Assembly: GCA_964016885.1 (NCBI GenBank)
Contig: OZ024745.1
Coordinates: 93,248,001-93,312,000 of the forward strand
DNA: 64,000 bases
From: Eledone cirrhosa
Taxonomy: Eukaryota
Reading direction: 5' to 3'
How positions within the stretch are numbered: position 1 is the first letter of the stretch; each line of letters opens with the position of its first letter. Shown piece after piece: positions 12,956-26,224 of this stretch. The notes beneath the pieces are model-generated. The model made no database searches. It was not told where the DNA came from and saw only the letters and a program-made list of their open reading frames with translations. The position numbers and the translations under genes were made by a program.

Positions 12956-14399
12956 TTAAGATGTTTTCTATTTATGAAGAGGCTGTGGTACATGACATTT
13001 AAGATGTAGTACAGTGGTATTGAACTCAGAACTCTGTGGAGCAAACCTCATAACTACATAGCTATGGCTAAGTTGTAAAAAAACAAAACCCTCTCTATTT
13101 CTATTAGGTAATCTCTCATAATTTTCAGCTCAACAAAATTACACCAGTATTACTCTTAGGGAACTCTAAAATTAAAATAAGTTCCCACAACCTATTCTGC
13201 AGAATAGTTTTGGTCCTATCTTGCTAATTCTCTTGATCACAACTCTCTCATTTCCTCTCTCTTGTAAATATATATATTTTTTTTGTGTCCACATAAGAAA
13301 TTAATATTGTGCAAAATAACATTTTGGTTGTTGTATTTGTATGTTAATCACTGGTTGAAATAATCTGAAGTAATTCATTTAAGAACACAAGGCTTTATCT
13401 TTAAAAAATGTAGAAATGTGATCTGTAATATCTATATATAATCTATATATATATTCTTTTGTTTGAAACTTTTAGGTTGTTTTTTTTAGTACTTTTTCTT
13501 TTTCTTCCTTTTATGTTGTAACATGCAAATATTTAAATCTTAGATTTTTAATTTATATTTTCAAATGTTGATACCATCCCTATGCTTTAGATTGAGTTCT
13601 ACTAAGTTTAAAAGACTTACTTTTTATTTATTGGTGGTTCAAATCTTCTCAATTCATTTGGTTTAGAGTTAAAGAAAAAGTAACTGATCACAGTTATATT
13701 CCAGTATCTATTTAGATTCTGTTTTAGATGTTAGTTTATGTAAATATTTCTTTTTTGTGTGTGTGTGATGAAAGTAATTTGAGTTGATTGTTGTAAAATG
13801 TTCAGTGTTATGTCTTGATTTCTAAAGCTAATATCAAAGGAAAAGAAAGAAATATATGAGATATTTGTGTAAAATCGTTGTCATTGAATAGATCATTTTT
13901 ATCAATTTTGTTTCTTTTTTAACATTTGTAAGTAATTATTTTGGCAATAAACATGAATTTAAAAAAAAAACACTTTCTTCATATTTCATTATTGTTGTAT
14001 TTCATACATACATTAAAGGTTTTTTAGTAACTTTTTATTTAAAAAATTAACATCATGCTTTCGTATTACTTAAATATTTACTTTATGTTGTTTACTGTAT
14101 TTAGTTTAGCTTCCATCTACATGCTCTCATGTATTATAATTAAATTCACTTGCTTTTTATTTGAGTTCAATTAACAAATTGTGTATTAATGCTAAGTAAT
14201 TACTTGATTGCAAAGGATCTGGGTTTTTTTTTTGTTTTGGTATTAAGTAGAGTAAAGAAAAAAGTTATTGTGTGGTTCTTGGATAATATTCCATGAATCT
14301 CTAAATGAAACTGTTTTGTGACTCTCCTTTTAAGAAGGAAAAGGAAGGATTATTGATATTAAAACCAAACTGTATATTACTGAGGTTAGTATATTATAT

Positions 14400-14692
14400 A
14401 AAGGATAAAGATCCCATAACTCCTTGTGGAGTCGCAGAGGCACTGTCATATGGCATGTCTTGGGTACATTTAAACCTTGCGGAACCCAACCCTTTCCAGA
14501 GCTAAACACAGCTGATTTTTTTCTATAGAGGAAGAATTGACTCCAGTACTGGAGTGGTACTTTTTTTTATCAACCTCGAAAGGATGAAAGGCAAAGTTGA
14601 CCATGGCAGGATTTGAACTCAGAGCGCGCAAAGAGGTGGAACTAATACCGTAAAGCATTCTATCCGACGTCTTAACGACTGCCAATTCACCT
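14400..14692 (-). mobile_element. SINE family B (family A-like head and core, different longer tail)
   Basis: Homologous over its full length to 24858-25142; tail ends GGGATCTTTATCCTTTAT. Confidence 0.75.
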
Positions 14693-15939
14693 TATATATA
14701 GAAAGATATTTAATCACTTAATATATTTAATGAAGTAACATTTTCTTCAATAAATCTAGTGTATTTAAAATGAGGTCCACATTTTAAACTTAAGTCCCAG
14801 GAAAATAATTAGAATTGAATGCAGCACTGCAAATCTATGAATTGCTTGTCAGTTTTAGAGTGTTACCTGCTTACAATAGTAAATTATATACCGCTCTTCA
14901 GTACTAAAAGATTGAAATGGTTTGTTTGAGCAACTATCTCTGTGCCCTAGATATGGTTATGTTAAGACTAACTGGCTACAGAGCAACATGTTTTCCTTTG
15001 ACCAGTTAAAGTCAATTTTGACAATTGGTTCTGTTGACTGAAATTAAAATAAAAAAAAGAACCCCAAATATTTTCATACTGTTTGATAATTCTCATTTCC
15101 ATTTTCTTCTGTCTTTTGGAAATATATCGAAAGTGGTATTTTAATGAAGTATGAGCATTTATTATTTTTGTAACAATAGTTTTGTTAATTATAGAAAATT
15201 TATATGAATTAGTTGGTAATTTCATATTTTGTATTTTGAAATGTTATATAAAGCATTAAATATAATGCAGAACATATTTTATCAGGAATTTATTTATTAT
15301 AAACCTTATTTTAACACTATAAATCAAATATTTGCTTTGGTCTACTGTATTATATACAATATCGCCTCTCTGTGTTGAAAAATTTGGAGATCATTGGCAT
15401 AAAGCATGAATATGTTTATATAATGGGTTGATTAGATATAATACAGATCTGTCTTCTAAACAATGAACTACCTAAAATGTATGTCGATTGACATGACAAG
15501 AAGTAGCAATGAAAAAAATGTGTGTTATTTCTTTGTATGTTCATGTGGGAAAGCTTAAATTACATAGGAAATCATTGTTAAAGATTATTATTTGTTCAAT
15601 GAAAGTTTTTTATCTAGTGTTTCTATATCCCTGACTCCAGACATTTCTTCAACCCCTTCTTGATTCAGTGTAAATAAGGTGAGTATTAATGAAGAGTAGG
15701 CTTAACGTACGTAACAAATTCGTTGATAGGTAATTCTCTATTTAATACATGAGGAAGGGTGGCAGATTTGTAAGCATTAATCTAGAGTTATATTAGATGG
15801 AAATGGTAATTTTTTTTGTTGTTTTTTTTATTTTTAAGTGTTGTGTACAGTTAATTTGTTTGCAGTCAGTGTCATCTGTGTATTATTTGTTGTAAAACCC
15901 TTGTTTGTATTTACATGTTTTGACAATAGTATTTGTGGT

Positions 15940-16060
15940 TTTAATAGTAGTAGTAGCAGCAGTAGTTGTTGTTTTAGTAGTAGTTATTGTAATCATTGTT
16001 TTAGTTGTAGTTGTAGTAGCCATTGTTTTAGTAGTAGTAGTAGTAGTAGTTGTTGTAATG
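15940..16060. repeat. Degenerate (GTA/GTT)n microsatellite
   Basis: Direct reading; explains the poly-S/V/L pseudo-ORFs. Confidence 0.85.
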
Positions 16061-16650
16061 AAAGCAATATTAGTTGTACCATTGTATTTGTAGTATAATA
16101 ATTGTGGCTTAATTTGTTACAATTGTGGTCATATATGTAGTTTGTTGTAATGCTTATAAATATGTTGTTACTATAGTTATTAATACTGGCTTTTATATTC
16201 ATTGTTCCTTGTCAATTGTCAAGTTTCTTTTTAATATTCTTGTATGTTTTACACTATGTCTATAACAGTGTCAACTCATTATTTGTTGTCAATTTTGAAA
16301 AAGAAATCATTAAAAACATTAATCCTATCATTGCACCATATAGTTTTGTTTTATGGTTGAAACTCTCTTTAGTTTCTCATTTTTTATTAATTTACTAATT
16401 TTTACATATACACCTCTATAAAATGTCTAAATCTAAATCATTGGTATCAATTGATTGGTTGTACCAGCAATCATAATCAGATATTTTACAAATGAACCAA
16501 ATATTTACCATTGAAACACTTAGAGTTAGTAAAACATTTGTTGTGGTACACATTCATGTTGTAAAATAGTTTTGAGAAAATCAAACATAAAGTCTTCTGT
16601 TTCTTCTTTAAGGATGACTTCAAGCAAAACACTTTGAACGACTACTACTA

Positions 16651-16770
16651 CTAATAATAATAATAACAAGGATAATAATGAAAATTATTGTGTACAGTGC
16701 TCAGGTGCACTACAACTCATCAAAGGTGCATGTATAGTACATAGAATAATGTACAAATTTCAGAAAAGCA
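16651..16770 (-). mobile_element. CR1 3' UTR fragment
   Basis: Reverse complement nearly identical to 46690-46785; (ATT)n tail. Confidence 0.85.
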
Positions 16771-17697
16771 ATAGGTTTTCTTCTGGGATTTGGGGTGACT
16801 AGTTAACACCAATGTTATATAAATATATTTTTGGTGCTTTTTTTAAAACTTAGATACTTAAGGTAGTTGCTACAATAAAACTAAACGAAACTGAAAATTA
16901 CCTTTTTTTTTTTTAAATCAGTCACCTTAAAGTAATATTGATTAGTTATACCTGGTTTAAATATTTTATTTCATGTGTTGCTTTAATTTCAAGAAATACA
17001 TAAACAAAAGAATGTCGCTGTGCTTTCTTATTTTTTGTTCGTCCTCTTTTCATAGTTGTGTTTATGTGTGTGTCTCTCTGTATCTGTGTTTATGTGTGTG
17101 TCTGTCTGTCTATGCATGTGTGTGTGTCTGTCTGTATTTGTGTGTGTGTCTGTGTCTGTGTCAGAATATTATTTTCTGTTAATGTTTGTTTATTTTTTTT
17201 TTTTTAGCATAAATGTATTTTTGAAACTTTTGAAAATTATCATTGAATGTATATCAGTAAACTATACTCTTATCCCTAAAGAACATTTTTTTTAAAAGGG
17301 GGTGGAGAGCACATACATATGGATTCATTTTTTTAAAAATTGATAACTAAAAACTATAGAAATCAATAATTAATTTGTACTTAAGGTTTTCTAATTCTCA
17401 CCCATTTCCCATAATTTTATAATGCAATAATACTGGCTGACAGTCGATGTTGATAAGTACTTTCTTCACTGTCAAAATACTTAGTATTCACAACTAAGTA
17501 TGAAATCTATCTGGTTTGTATGTTTACCTAAATGGTTGGTGATGAGGTGACTGCATAATTTCCTTAAGTTTTGTAACTGGTTAGGTCATTTGCATCACAG
17601 AACTCCAAAAGAATTAATTCCTTTTTCATTCTATGTTCTATGACCATATCCATCATAGTTTTGCTGCCATACATTCACTTAAAGTCATTAGACATTA

Positions 17698-18182
17698 CTA
17701 GCAGAAAAACCACTCTTCGGGTGGTTTTCTGCTGGCATGTGTAGTGTGTATATTGATATTATACGCAAGTATATATACATGTAGATATGATGCATCAAAT
17801 AAAATCGTAATTGACAATATATAATACATAGAAATTGAGCGAAGACTATGTTACACTGTCTTATGTAATCAGTAACGTAATCCATGATACATTAAAAAAA
17901 GACGATATTATATATAAACTGCATTAGGAGAAAATTAGTGACGGAAAATTAGTATGTTTATTTAAGCGAGGGCCAACCGGAAGTGTTGACATTTCAGAAA
18001 TTTTAAAGAAGTGAATCTTTAAATAAACAAAATATATTTAATCAATAGTCACAAAATTTAGTAGATAAATTATGTAATATACATTCATTATTTATTCAAA
18101 GTAATCCAACTTATTTTACTATTGGGATAAAAAATTATAAACCGTACGCAGTCCCGTGCTCCTCCCTTTATTATAGTCTAGA
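17698..18182 (-). mobile_element. Non-autonomous Helitron (485 bp)
   Basis: Minus strand A|TCTAGACTATAATAAAG ... hairpin AAAACCAC-CCGAAGA-GTGGTTTT then CTGCTAG|T: 5' TC, 3' hairpin plus CTAG, A|T target. Confidence 0.7.
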
Positions 18183-19558
18183 TAACGAGGATGTTTCTGT
18201 TTGCAAAAGGGCTTCAGAAAAAGTCTTCTTCTGTTCATCAATTCTAATTGTGGGCCTTATGCAGAGATTACTCTTGCTATCGGTTACTTGTTACAGTTTA
18301 AACTTAATTATTCTGTCATATACTCTATCTTTTGAAGAATTTGTGTTCCTAGCCAGAAGAAATTGTGTCCCTTGTCTGTGAACCTAGTTGAAGCTCCTTT
18401 CCATCTTCCCTCTTATACACAACACCTTCACTACAATCTCTCCAAACCTACTTTTCATCATGCCAATAATATCTCTATCAATAAAAATGAAGAGGTTTGA
18501 AATTATATTATTTTAGTTAAGATAAGATGTTGTTTAGCAGACTTGTGATTAAAGATATTCCAACTATGACTAGCATATTGTTTTAGGGGTATATTGGACT
18601 ACATCATGTAATGTGTGCTTTTCTTATTTAAAATGGTTGTAAACCTGGCAAGGTGAAACTACTGAGCAATCATCTCATATACTGATTAAAGCTTGTAAGC
18701 TTCACTTTTGTGACTAATATTCTCCATTCCCCAAAATACAAATCTTTGTACCTACTAAAAAGTAAACCCTTATTGTCAAGGTTTTCTTATAGAGCTTGAG
18801 CTTATCCATCACATGGACCAAATGGTGAGTGTTTTCTTTTAGATAGGATGCTAGTGTGTCTCAAATTTCTTAGATTGAGACAGATCTGGCAAGATATCTG
18901 CTGGAATTTGAAGTGAAAGACATGAAACACTCCGCTATTTATATCACATCTAGTTTATATGACACTCTGTCACTTCTACTTATTTTATTGATCGTACAAA
19001 ATTTGAACTGCAAGACATTTATTTTTTTTCATTGGAAGATATCCATTCCATCTTACTTTTATGTTAATTCAGCAGATTTCTACATTCTATATAGTCATGT
19101 ATATTTATATGTTATGTTTTTCATTGAATCATTTAATACCAGAGATCTTTTATTGCTCTCATTGAATATTAAAACATCAAATTACTTTATCCTGAATTCC
19201 ATGCTATGTATATTTTGAGGCAAATGAAATATATGCAGATAACATAACTAAAATATCAGTTATATAAATAACTGTTTCAGCATTAAATTAGGTTTGTATT
19301 TGTTGAGAACTTACCTGAGATTGAACAAGGGATATGTTTCTATTATAAGATTAAGTGTATATAAATTCAAATGATGTATAGAATCAGAATTGTTTTTAAA
19401 AGGGAATATCTTATGGAAGTCAGCTTTTTTTTTCTGTGAAATGTCATGAGTTTGCATCCACTTGATTTAAAATATAGGAACATATCAACTTGAATACTAT
19501 TCTCTTTTTTAGTTTGTTAATTTTATTTGCCTTTTTGGTAACTATCTCAGTATTCAAT

Positions 19559-19603
<45 letters not shown>

Positions 19604-19697
19604 GCTTTATATACTCATAGATAAGTTGCAGTGCTTACTAAAAAAATAGCTGCGAAATACTGCATGCAACATATCTGTTGAATCAGGCTCCAAACTT

Positions 19698-20281
19698 TAA
19701 CCCTTTGCATAATATCGAAGCTACGAGATTTTGATGCTATTTATTTCAAGAACAATATCTTATCATTGGTATGAGTGGCCAGTTACAGCTGGTTTGAACA
19801 AAAAGAGGTGAGAGAATTCTGGCTGGATACAGCTGGTTTAATTCTTTAGCATTTACATTACTCTACATTTACCATTATATTTTCATGGTTAAGGCTTTAC
19901 CTCACACAATTATCTCATGAGATTTTGATATTTCATTTTGAGAACAATACGTTAACATCAGTATGAGCAGCTGGTCACAACCAGTTTGAACAGAAAAAGG
20001 TGAGAGATTCTGGCTGGATACGGCTGGTTTGAATGCTAAAGGGTTAAATTTGTACCACTCACTAACACATTTACTCTACATTTACCATTATATTTTCATG
20101 GTTAAGGCTTTACCTCACACAATTATCTCATGAGATTTTGATATTTCATTTTGAGAACAATACGTTAACATCAGTATGAGCAGCTGGTCACAACCAGTTT
20201 GAACAGAAAAAGGTGAGAGATTCTGGCTGGATACGGCTGGTTTGAATGCTAAAGGGTTAAATTTGTACCACTCACTAACAC
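19698..20281 (-). mobile_element. Cluster of three piggyBac-type MITE copies including a ~213-bp tandem duplication
   Basis: TIR ends gctaaagggttaa at 20035-20047 and 20248-20260; 19857-20068 is repeated at 20069-20281. Confidence 0.8.
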
Positions 20282-20538
20282 ACATTGAGGCAAATATTTA
20301 TGTAGTTTGGGTTGGTCAGTGTTGTAAACAAAATGTTGATAATATCTTGTGCAAAAACTAAACTGATTTCCACATATGCTTAACATCTACACATAGTTGA
20401 CTATTGACCAGTTGTAATTCAAATTCCCATTAGATACTACATATATTGATGGTCATTTAGCAGTTGTGATTTAACCCTTTAGCATTTACATTAGTCTATC
20501 ATGGTAAAGGCTTTACTTCACATAATTATATTGCACAA

Positions 20539-22033
20539 CATGAAAGTTTTAGTCTGCGTGATGATGGGCAGATCTGGAGATTTGTTAAGGCTGGTGAAAC
20601 GTGGAAGAGAGATACCAGCTGGTCTGAGTGTCCTCTACCCATAATAACTGGCAATGAAAAAACTGCAACAACTCTGGGAAACTAAACCAGAACAACCTGC
20701 CATCCTCTACACACCATCATAAACTGCAAGCAGGGTACAAATTGTTGTCCTTAAATGCTCGCAGTTTATGAAACAAGATACATCTGTTTAATTCCTATGT
20801 CAGAAGCATCGACCCTGACTTCATCACAGTCACGGAAACATGGGCACATTCCTTACTCTGTGATGGGGTTTTCAGCATTACTGGGTACAACCTTTTCCAC
20901 AAGGACCGCATTAATTGCAGTGGTGGTGGTGTGATGGTCTACGTTTGTTCAAACTTTTCGGTAATTCCTTGCGTTAATTTGAACGAATCACAAGAAGTTT
21001 TTTTTTGTGACATACGTATGATCATGTCAACACTTCTGCTTGGTGTTGTTTATCCCCCCCCCCCCCACCCCACTACCATCAGGATACACATCTTTGCGAT
21101 ATCCTCAGAGAGCTGCTGCCAGGAAAACAGCCACTTATGTAATCGGACCTGGACACAATGCAGCAATTGATCATAGACTGGCAACTGAAGCTGGCTGTGG
21201 ACAAGTGTACCACCATGCATTTTGGGAGGGAAAATCCAGCATCCACATACTCCCTCCACAACACTGATATCAAGAAGTCCTCTTGTGAACGTGACTGGGC
21301 ATTACTGTCAGCAGCGATTTGCATTGGACAAAGCATGTCTCTAAGATTGTCAAGAAGGCCGAGGGTGTCTTGGCATCACTCAGCAAGACCTTTGTTAGCC
21401 AATCTCCAGCCATCTATTTAAAGCTGTATGCAGCTATGGTACGACCACACTTGGAATTTGCATCATCAGTCAGGAACGCCTATCTTGCTCAGAACATTGA
21501 CCTCCTGGAAACTGTTCAGAGACGTGCAACCAAGCGCATACCTTCCATCAGACACCTACCATACTCTGAATGCCTTGCTTCCCTGGGCATGGATTCATTG
21601 AAGCTCCGACGTCTGGCAATTGACTTGGTAAACACCCACAAAGTTATTAACCATCTCGCCAACAACAACCATGAGCACCTTTTTGATCTCCACGTGTCTA
21701 ACACACGTGGACATGCCTACAAAATCAGAAAACAGCACAGCTCCCATGACTTTCGGAAACATTTTTTCACGCTTAGAGTTGCTGAAGCATGGAACAAACT
21801 GCCTGCGTCAGTTGTTAGCTGTCGAGACACTGCATCCTTTAAGACACTCATGCTTCCCGAAATACGCCAAAACTACACCTGATGTACCCCTTCCATACAC
21901 ATGCATACGTGTATATCATGACTCATGCACTGTTCATTTTCCTGACGTTTGTACATTGCTCTATGTACTACACTTTTTGATGAGTTGTAGTGCACCTGAG
22001 CACTGTACACAATATTTTCATTATTATTATTAT
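20539..22033 (+). mobile_element. 5'-truncated, internally deleted CR1 copy inserted into a MITE (halves at 20472-20538 and 22034-22175)
   Basis: Aligns to 43534-44128 then jumps to 45759-46660 (junction ccacttatgt|aatcggacctgg at ~21140); CR1 C-terminus TRGH..K..FF..RV..WN.LP; (ATT)n tail. Confidence 0.92.
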
Positions 22034-22520
22034 AATATCGCATCCATGAGATTTTGATATTTATTTTGAGAACAATACCTTAACATCAATCTAAGCGGCC
22101 AGTTACAGCCAGTTTGAACAGAAAGAGCTGAGAGAATTCTGGCCGTATATGGCTGGTTTAAATTCTAAAGGGTCAAATGCACATGTAAATCTTTTCGTTT
22201 GCTATGATGTCTGGTTCTTGGATGTTCTAGATTTTACTGCAAATGAAATTACAAACAATATTTATGAAAAGACGCATTCAATTATGTACAAGTCTGACTA
22301 AAACCCAAACATTATAAATGCAGAGAGTGGGTCTTATCTACCAGTATATTTGGTGTGTGTGTATATATATTTATATATATGTGTGTATGTATATGGATTC
22401 TACACATTATTTTTTAAAGTATCAATTATTATTATTGTGTTTATGTAAGAAGTCATTATTTTTATTTATTTGTTATTATCATAATAGTAATTATTATTAT
22501 TATTATCATTTTTACCACAG

Positions 22521-22715
22521 AGTCAACCTCAGATACCAAGCCAAGTTCCACATCAGTCTCAAGCAAACCAACAGTTTGGCTACAGCCCTCAAGTAAGCAG
22601 TACGTCTGCCACACCGCCCCCAATGGCTGAAGGTGGATCAAATCCGTATGCCAGAGGTCCAGGTTCAACTTATGGAGGCTATCCTCGACCAGCTGCTAAA
22701 TATCCTCCCTTATGA
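22521..22715 (+). CDS. TFG: Terminal coding exon of a TFG-like (TRK-fused gene) protein, Pro/Gln/Tyr/Gly-rich C-terminus
   Basis: Acceptor tttttaccacag|AGT; SQPQIPSQVPHQSQANQQFGYSPQVSSTSATPPPMAEGGSNPYARGPGSTYGGYPRPAAKYPPL*; TPPP...NPYAR...GY resembles the vertebrate TFG C-terminus as recalled; AATAAA at 23237. PB1 exons not in window, so the name rests on low-complexity similarity. Confidence 0.6.
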   Translation, partial: SQPQIPSQVPHQSQANQQFGYSPQVSSTSATPPPMAEGGSNPYARGPGSTYGGYPRPAAKYPPL

Positions 22716-24651
22716 AGGCCCAAGTGTGCGCACACTGTGTTAGAATAACAATTATACCAGTATTGTTGATGTATTTATCAACTCTGCAATATTGTAGGTC
22801 TGACTTGGTTCAAATAATGACTAAATACCATAACATTCTTCAACACAACATTCTATTACAGTGTTCAATGGAATTTATTTCTAAAAATAAAAAAAAAATA
22901 ATACTAATAGTTCATAAGAGATTGCTATTGTGTACAAATAGAGAGGTTATATATAATCTCTGCTAAAAGGAATCAGAAACTAAGACACCTAAGAGATGTC
23001 TGTATCGCAAGTGTTGCTGTAAAATATCTTTTGAGATTATTTAAATTTAATTACTGCATTATATTACTGTTTTGAGTTAAAGCCTTTGTATGTAAATAAG
23101 ATATATTGCAGCCTTGAATTTAAAATACAATGTTAATATTGATTAAAGCTTGATTTAATTTTTATAATTTTTATCCTTTATTATTTTTTTTTTTATCTAG
23201 ATTAATATATTTTGTTCAGATAAGGCTGCCATGTTCAATAAACTGTTGTTGTATACATTTAACTGAGTATATTATTGTATAATCTATTATCTTATGAAAA
23301 AAAAAAATGAAAAAAAAAATGTTTACAAATGGCACAGTTGATTACATTTTTGTCTGGTGTCATATGAAACAGCTTTAATTTATTGTATTTCAGTACAATC
23401 ATTGTTAAGTTTTGTGTCAGTGATATTGAATTTCCCTTTACCAATGTGTGTGGTGGCTATCATGTTGCTCACTAAATTGAAATGTTTTTAGAAATAAAAA
23501 CAAAAAACAAAAATAAAAATAAAAACATATAACAATCTTACTATTATAAAGATTGAATTATTTTTAAAGTCTTTACTTGAAAATTGTTCTTTTCTTCTGT
23601 ATTTGAAATATTAGATTTTTTTTTCCACATTCACAAATTTTTCAAGAAGTTGGTGTAGCCCATTGAATTAACTTCAGTTTTATTTCTGGTACTTTTTTTC
23701 ATCAACCATGGCACAATGTTTAGCAATGCTGACTTTGGTAAAAAAGATGGCAAGGTCTCTTCAATTGCTGAGGTCAAGTCAATGTCTCAAGTAGTGGTGC
23801 CATGATAAAATGCATCCAATATACTTTATAACATGGTTAGTATTAGGACGGACATCTAGCTGTAGAAATCCTGCCAAAAAAAGAGTAGAGAATTCTTTAG
23901 TTGTTTCAAGAACAAGACCACCTCCCTAGTGTTGGTGCCATAAAATGTGCCAGGTATACACCATAAAGTAGCTAGAAGAGCATCCAGCTTTAGAAACCAT
24001 GCCAAAAATAAAGCATAGTTCAGTGAAATGTGGCCCACCTCCAACCCATCTAGGAGGATAGTAGCTCAGGTGAAGTAATGTCAGCATGGAATAACAGATG
24101 TAAAACGATAATGAATGTAAATGATGTCTTACATTTAGTTCAACATTCTATATTTTCACCTATTTCATTATTTGTAAGATTTCTTCACTTAGGTAGTGTA
24201 TTTAGTATGGTTGCATAAGCCCACTCTAAAGCAGTAATGCTGGTCACAATAAAAAAACATTCAGCCCACTCTGTAAAGTGGTGCTGGTGTCACAATAAAA
24301 AAACACTCAGCCCACTCTGTAAAGTGGTGGTGCTGGTGCCATAATAAAAAGCACCCAATCCACTCTGTAATTGGTAGTGCTAGAGTCATCTTAAAAAGCA
24401 CCCACTTCACCATGTAAGGTTGTAGTGCTGGGACATGATAAAATGTGTGAAAAATAGATGTTAAACAGTGATAAAGGTGATAGTAACATAAGTTGCAATC
24501 TCTTGACAAACTGAGTTTGCAATGCAGGTTTAATTCTTATCTGTAGCTATTTCACTAATTTTATTAATGCCCCAAAGCATTCCAGGTATATATTTGCCAA
24601 TATAGACCAGACATGAATTGGAAATATGTTTGTAAATAGAATGTCAGTATC

Positions 24652-25170
24652 TCCTTTAGCATTTAAACCAGCTGTATCTAGCCAGAATTCTCTCACCTCA
24701 TACTGTTCAAACTAACTGTAACTGGCCGCTCATACTGATGTTGAGGTATTGTTCTCAAAATAAAAAAAATTAAAATTTCATAGATTCGATATTATGCGAA
24801 ATAATTATGTGAGATCAAGCCTTTACCACAAAAATATAATAGTATATGTAGAGTAAAAAGGCAGTCGTTAAGACGGATAGAATACTTTACGGTATTCGTC
24901 CCACCTCATTGTACACTCTGAGTTCAAATCCCACCGTGGTCAACTTTTCCTTTCATCCTTTCGAGGTCAATAAAAAAAGTACCAGTCCAGTACCGAGGTC
25001 GATTCTTCCTCTATAGAAAAAATCGGCTGTGTTCAGACCTGGAGAGGGTTGGGCTCCGCCAGGTTTAAAAATGCCCTAGATACACAGTATGATGGTGCTT
25101 CTACAACACCACAAGGAGTAACGGGATCTTTATCCTTTATTATAGAGTGATGCAAATGCTAAAGGGTTAA
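24652..25170 (+). mobile_element. piggyBac-type MITE interrupted by a family B SINE (24858-25142)
   Basis: MITE body breaks at tagagtaa and resumes tagagtgatgcaaatgctaaagggttaa (short target duplication). Confidence 0.8.
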
Positions 25171-25419
25171 GCAAGAAAAAACGGCCTACTACATCAAACA
25201 AAAGTCTTATTCTGTGACCTGGTTACAGACCAGCAAGAAATCATCAGGATTAGAAAGATCCTTTGAGGCATATTGGAAAAAATTTAAATCAGTGGTCCAT
25301 ACATCATCAATATCGTATTCAAAAGCAATTCTATCTTTTGGGAACATCCCTCCTGAATAAAGCCTCCATCAGACGAGATCATGACTAAGAACTGTGGTTG
25401 TGAGTTTAATCCCTGTGTT

Positions 25420-25635
25420 AGTGCTGGTGCCATGATAAAAACCACCCAGTTTACCCTGCTGGTGCCTTGATAAAATGCTCCCAATACATGTTGTAAAGTG
25501 GTTGGTATTAGGAAGGGCATTCAGCCATAGAAACCAAGCCAAAACTGGAACATAGTCATTATCTGATCTATCTGCAGGTGACAATTGGTCAAACTCATGC
25601 AAGCATAGAAAATAAACGTTAAATGATGATGATGC
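25420..25635 (+). mobile_element. RTE-family 3' UTR fragment
   Basis: ttggtattaggaagggcattcagccatagaaacc ... (TGA)n tail; similar fragments near 4085-4360 and 23790-24120. Confidence 0.65.
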
Positions 25636-26224
25636 CATATACTCTAGTGGAACAAGTACGTAACTAATTAATATGACATTCCCCACCTCCATGCATGGGT
25701 GATGGAATGAGTATAATATAGTCCAATAGTTTGAATAAAATGTTTTGGTAACATTACTGAATACAACTGGCATCCAAAAGATGCTACTAGAAGGTAAAAC
25801 TGGCCAAAATATGACTATAACAATCAAGATAAGGACAGTCTGAATAAATCTGTTTACAATGAAATATGTTCAAATTTGCAAACTTTACTGGGTTTTTTCT
25901 ACCCAAGACAACTAGTTTCCATGAGCTTGGATTAAGCTAAGGAAGCAACCAAATCTTCATTAAATGCTATTCTATTGTTTTCAAAAATTGATGAATTTAT
26001 TGGATAAAGTAATTCTGAAATAAATATGTCAGAAAAGAACAAATGGTCATGGCTTGAATACCAGTCAAACAATGTACATCACAGAAATATTTTATGTGCA
26101 GACACCAGCAGAATATGAAAGAAGTAATGACTGTAATGAAACAAACTGTAAAATCCTTTTAAAAGGTGTTTTCCAAATTACTCAGTTAAATAACACCATT
26201 TACACATACACACACACAATAATA

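Noticed and set aside
15618-15678. Possible exon with strong AAG|gtgagt donor
   Set aside because: Stops in all three frames and no other support; a poison or non-coding exon cannot be shown from sequence alone.
17977-17986. ETS motif as promoter of the TFG-like exon's gene
   Set aside because: Lies inside a mini-Helitron, and no N-terminal coding exons follow.
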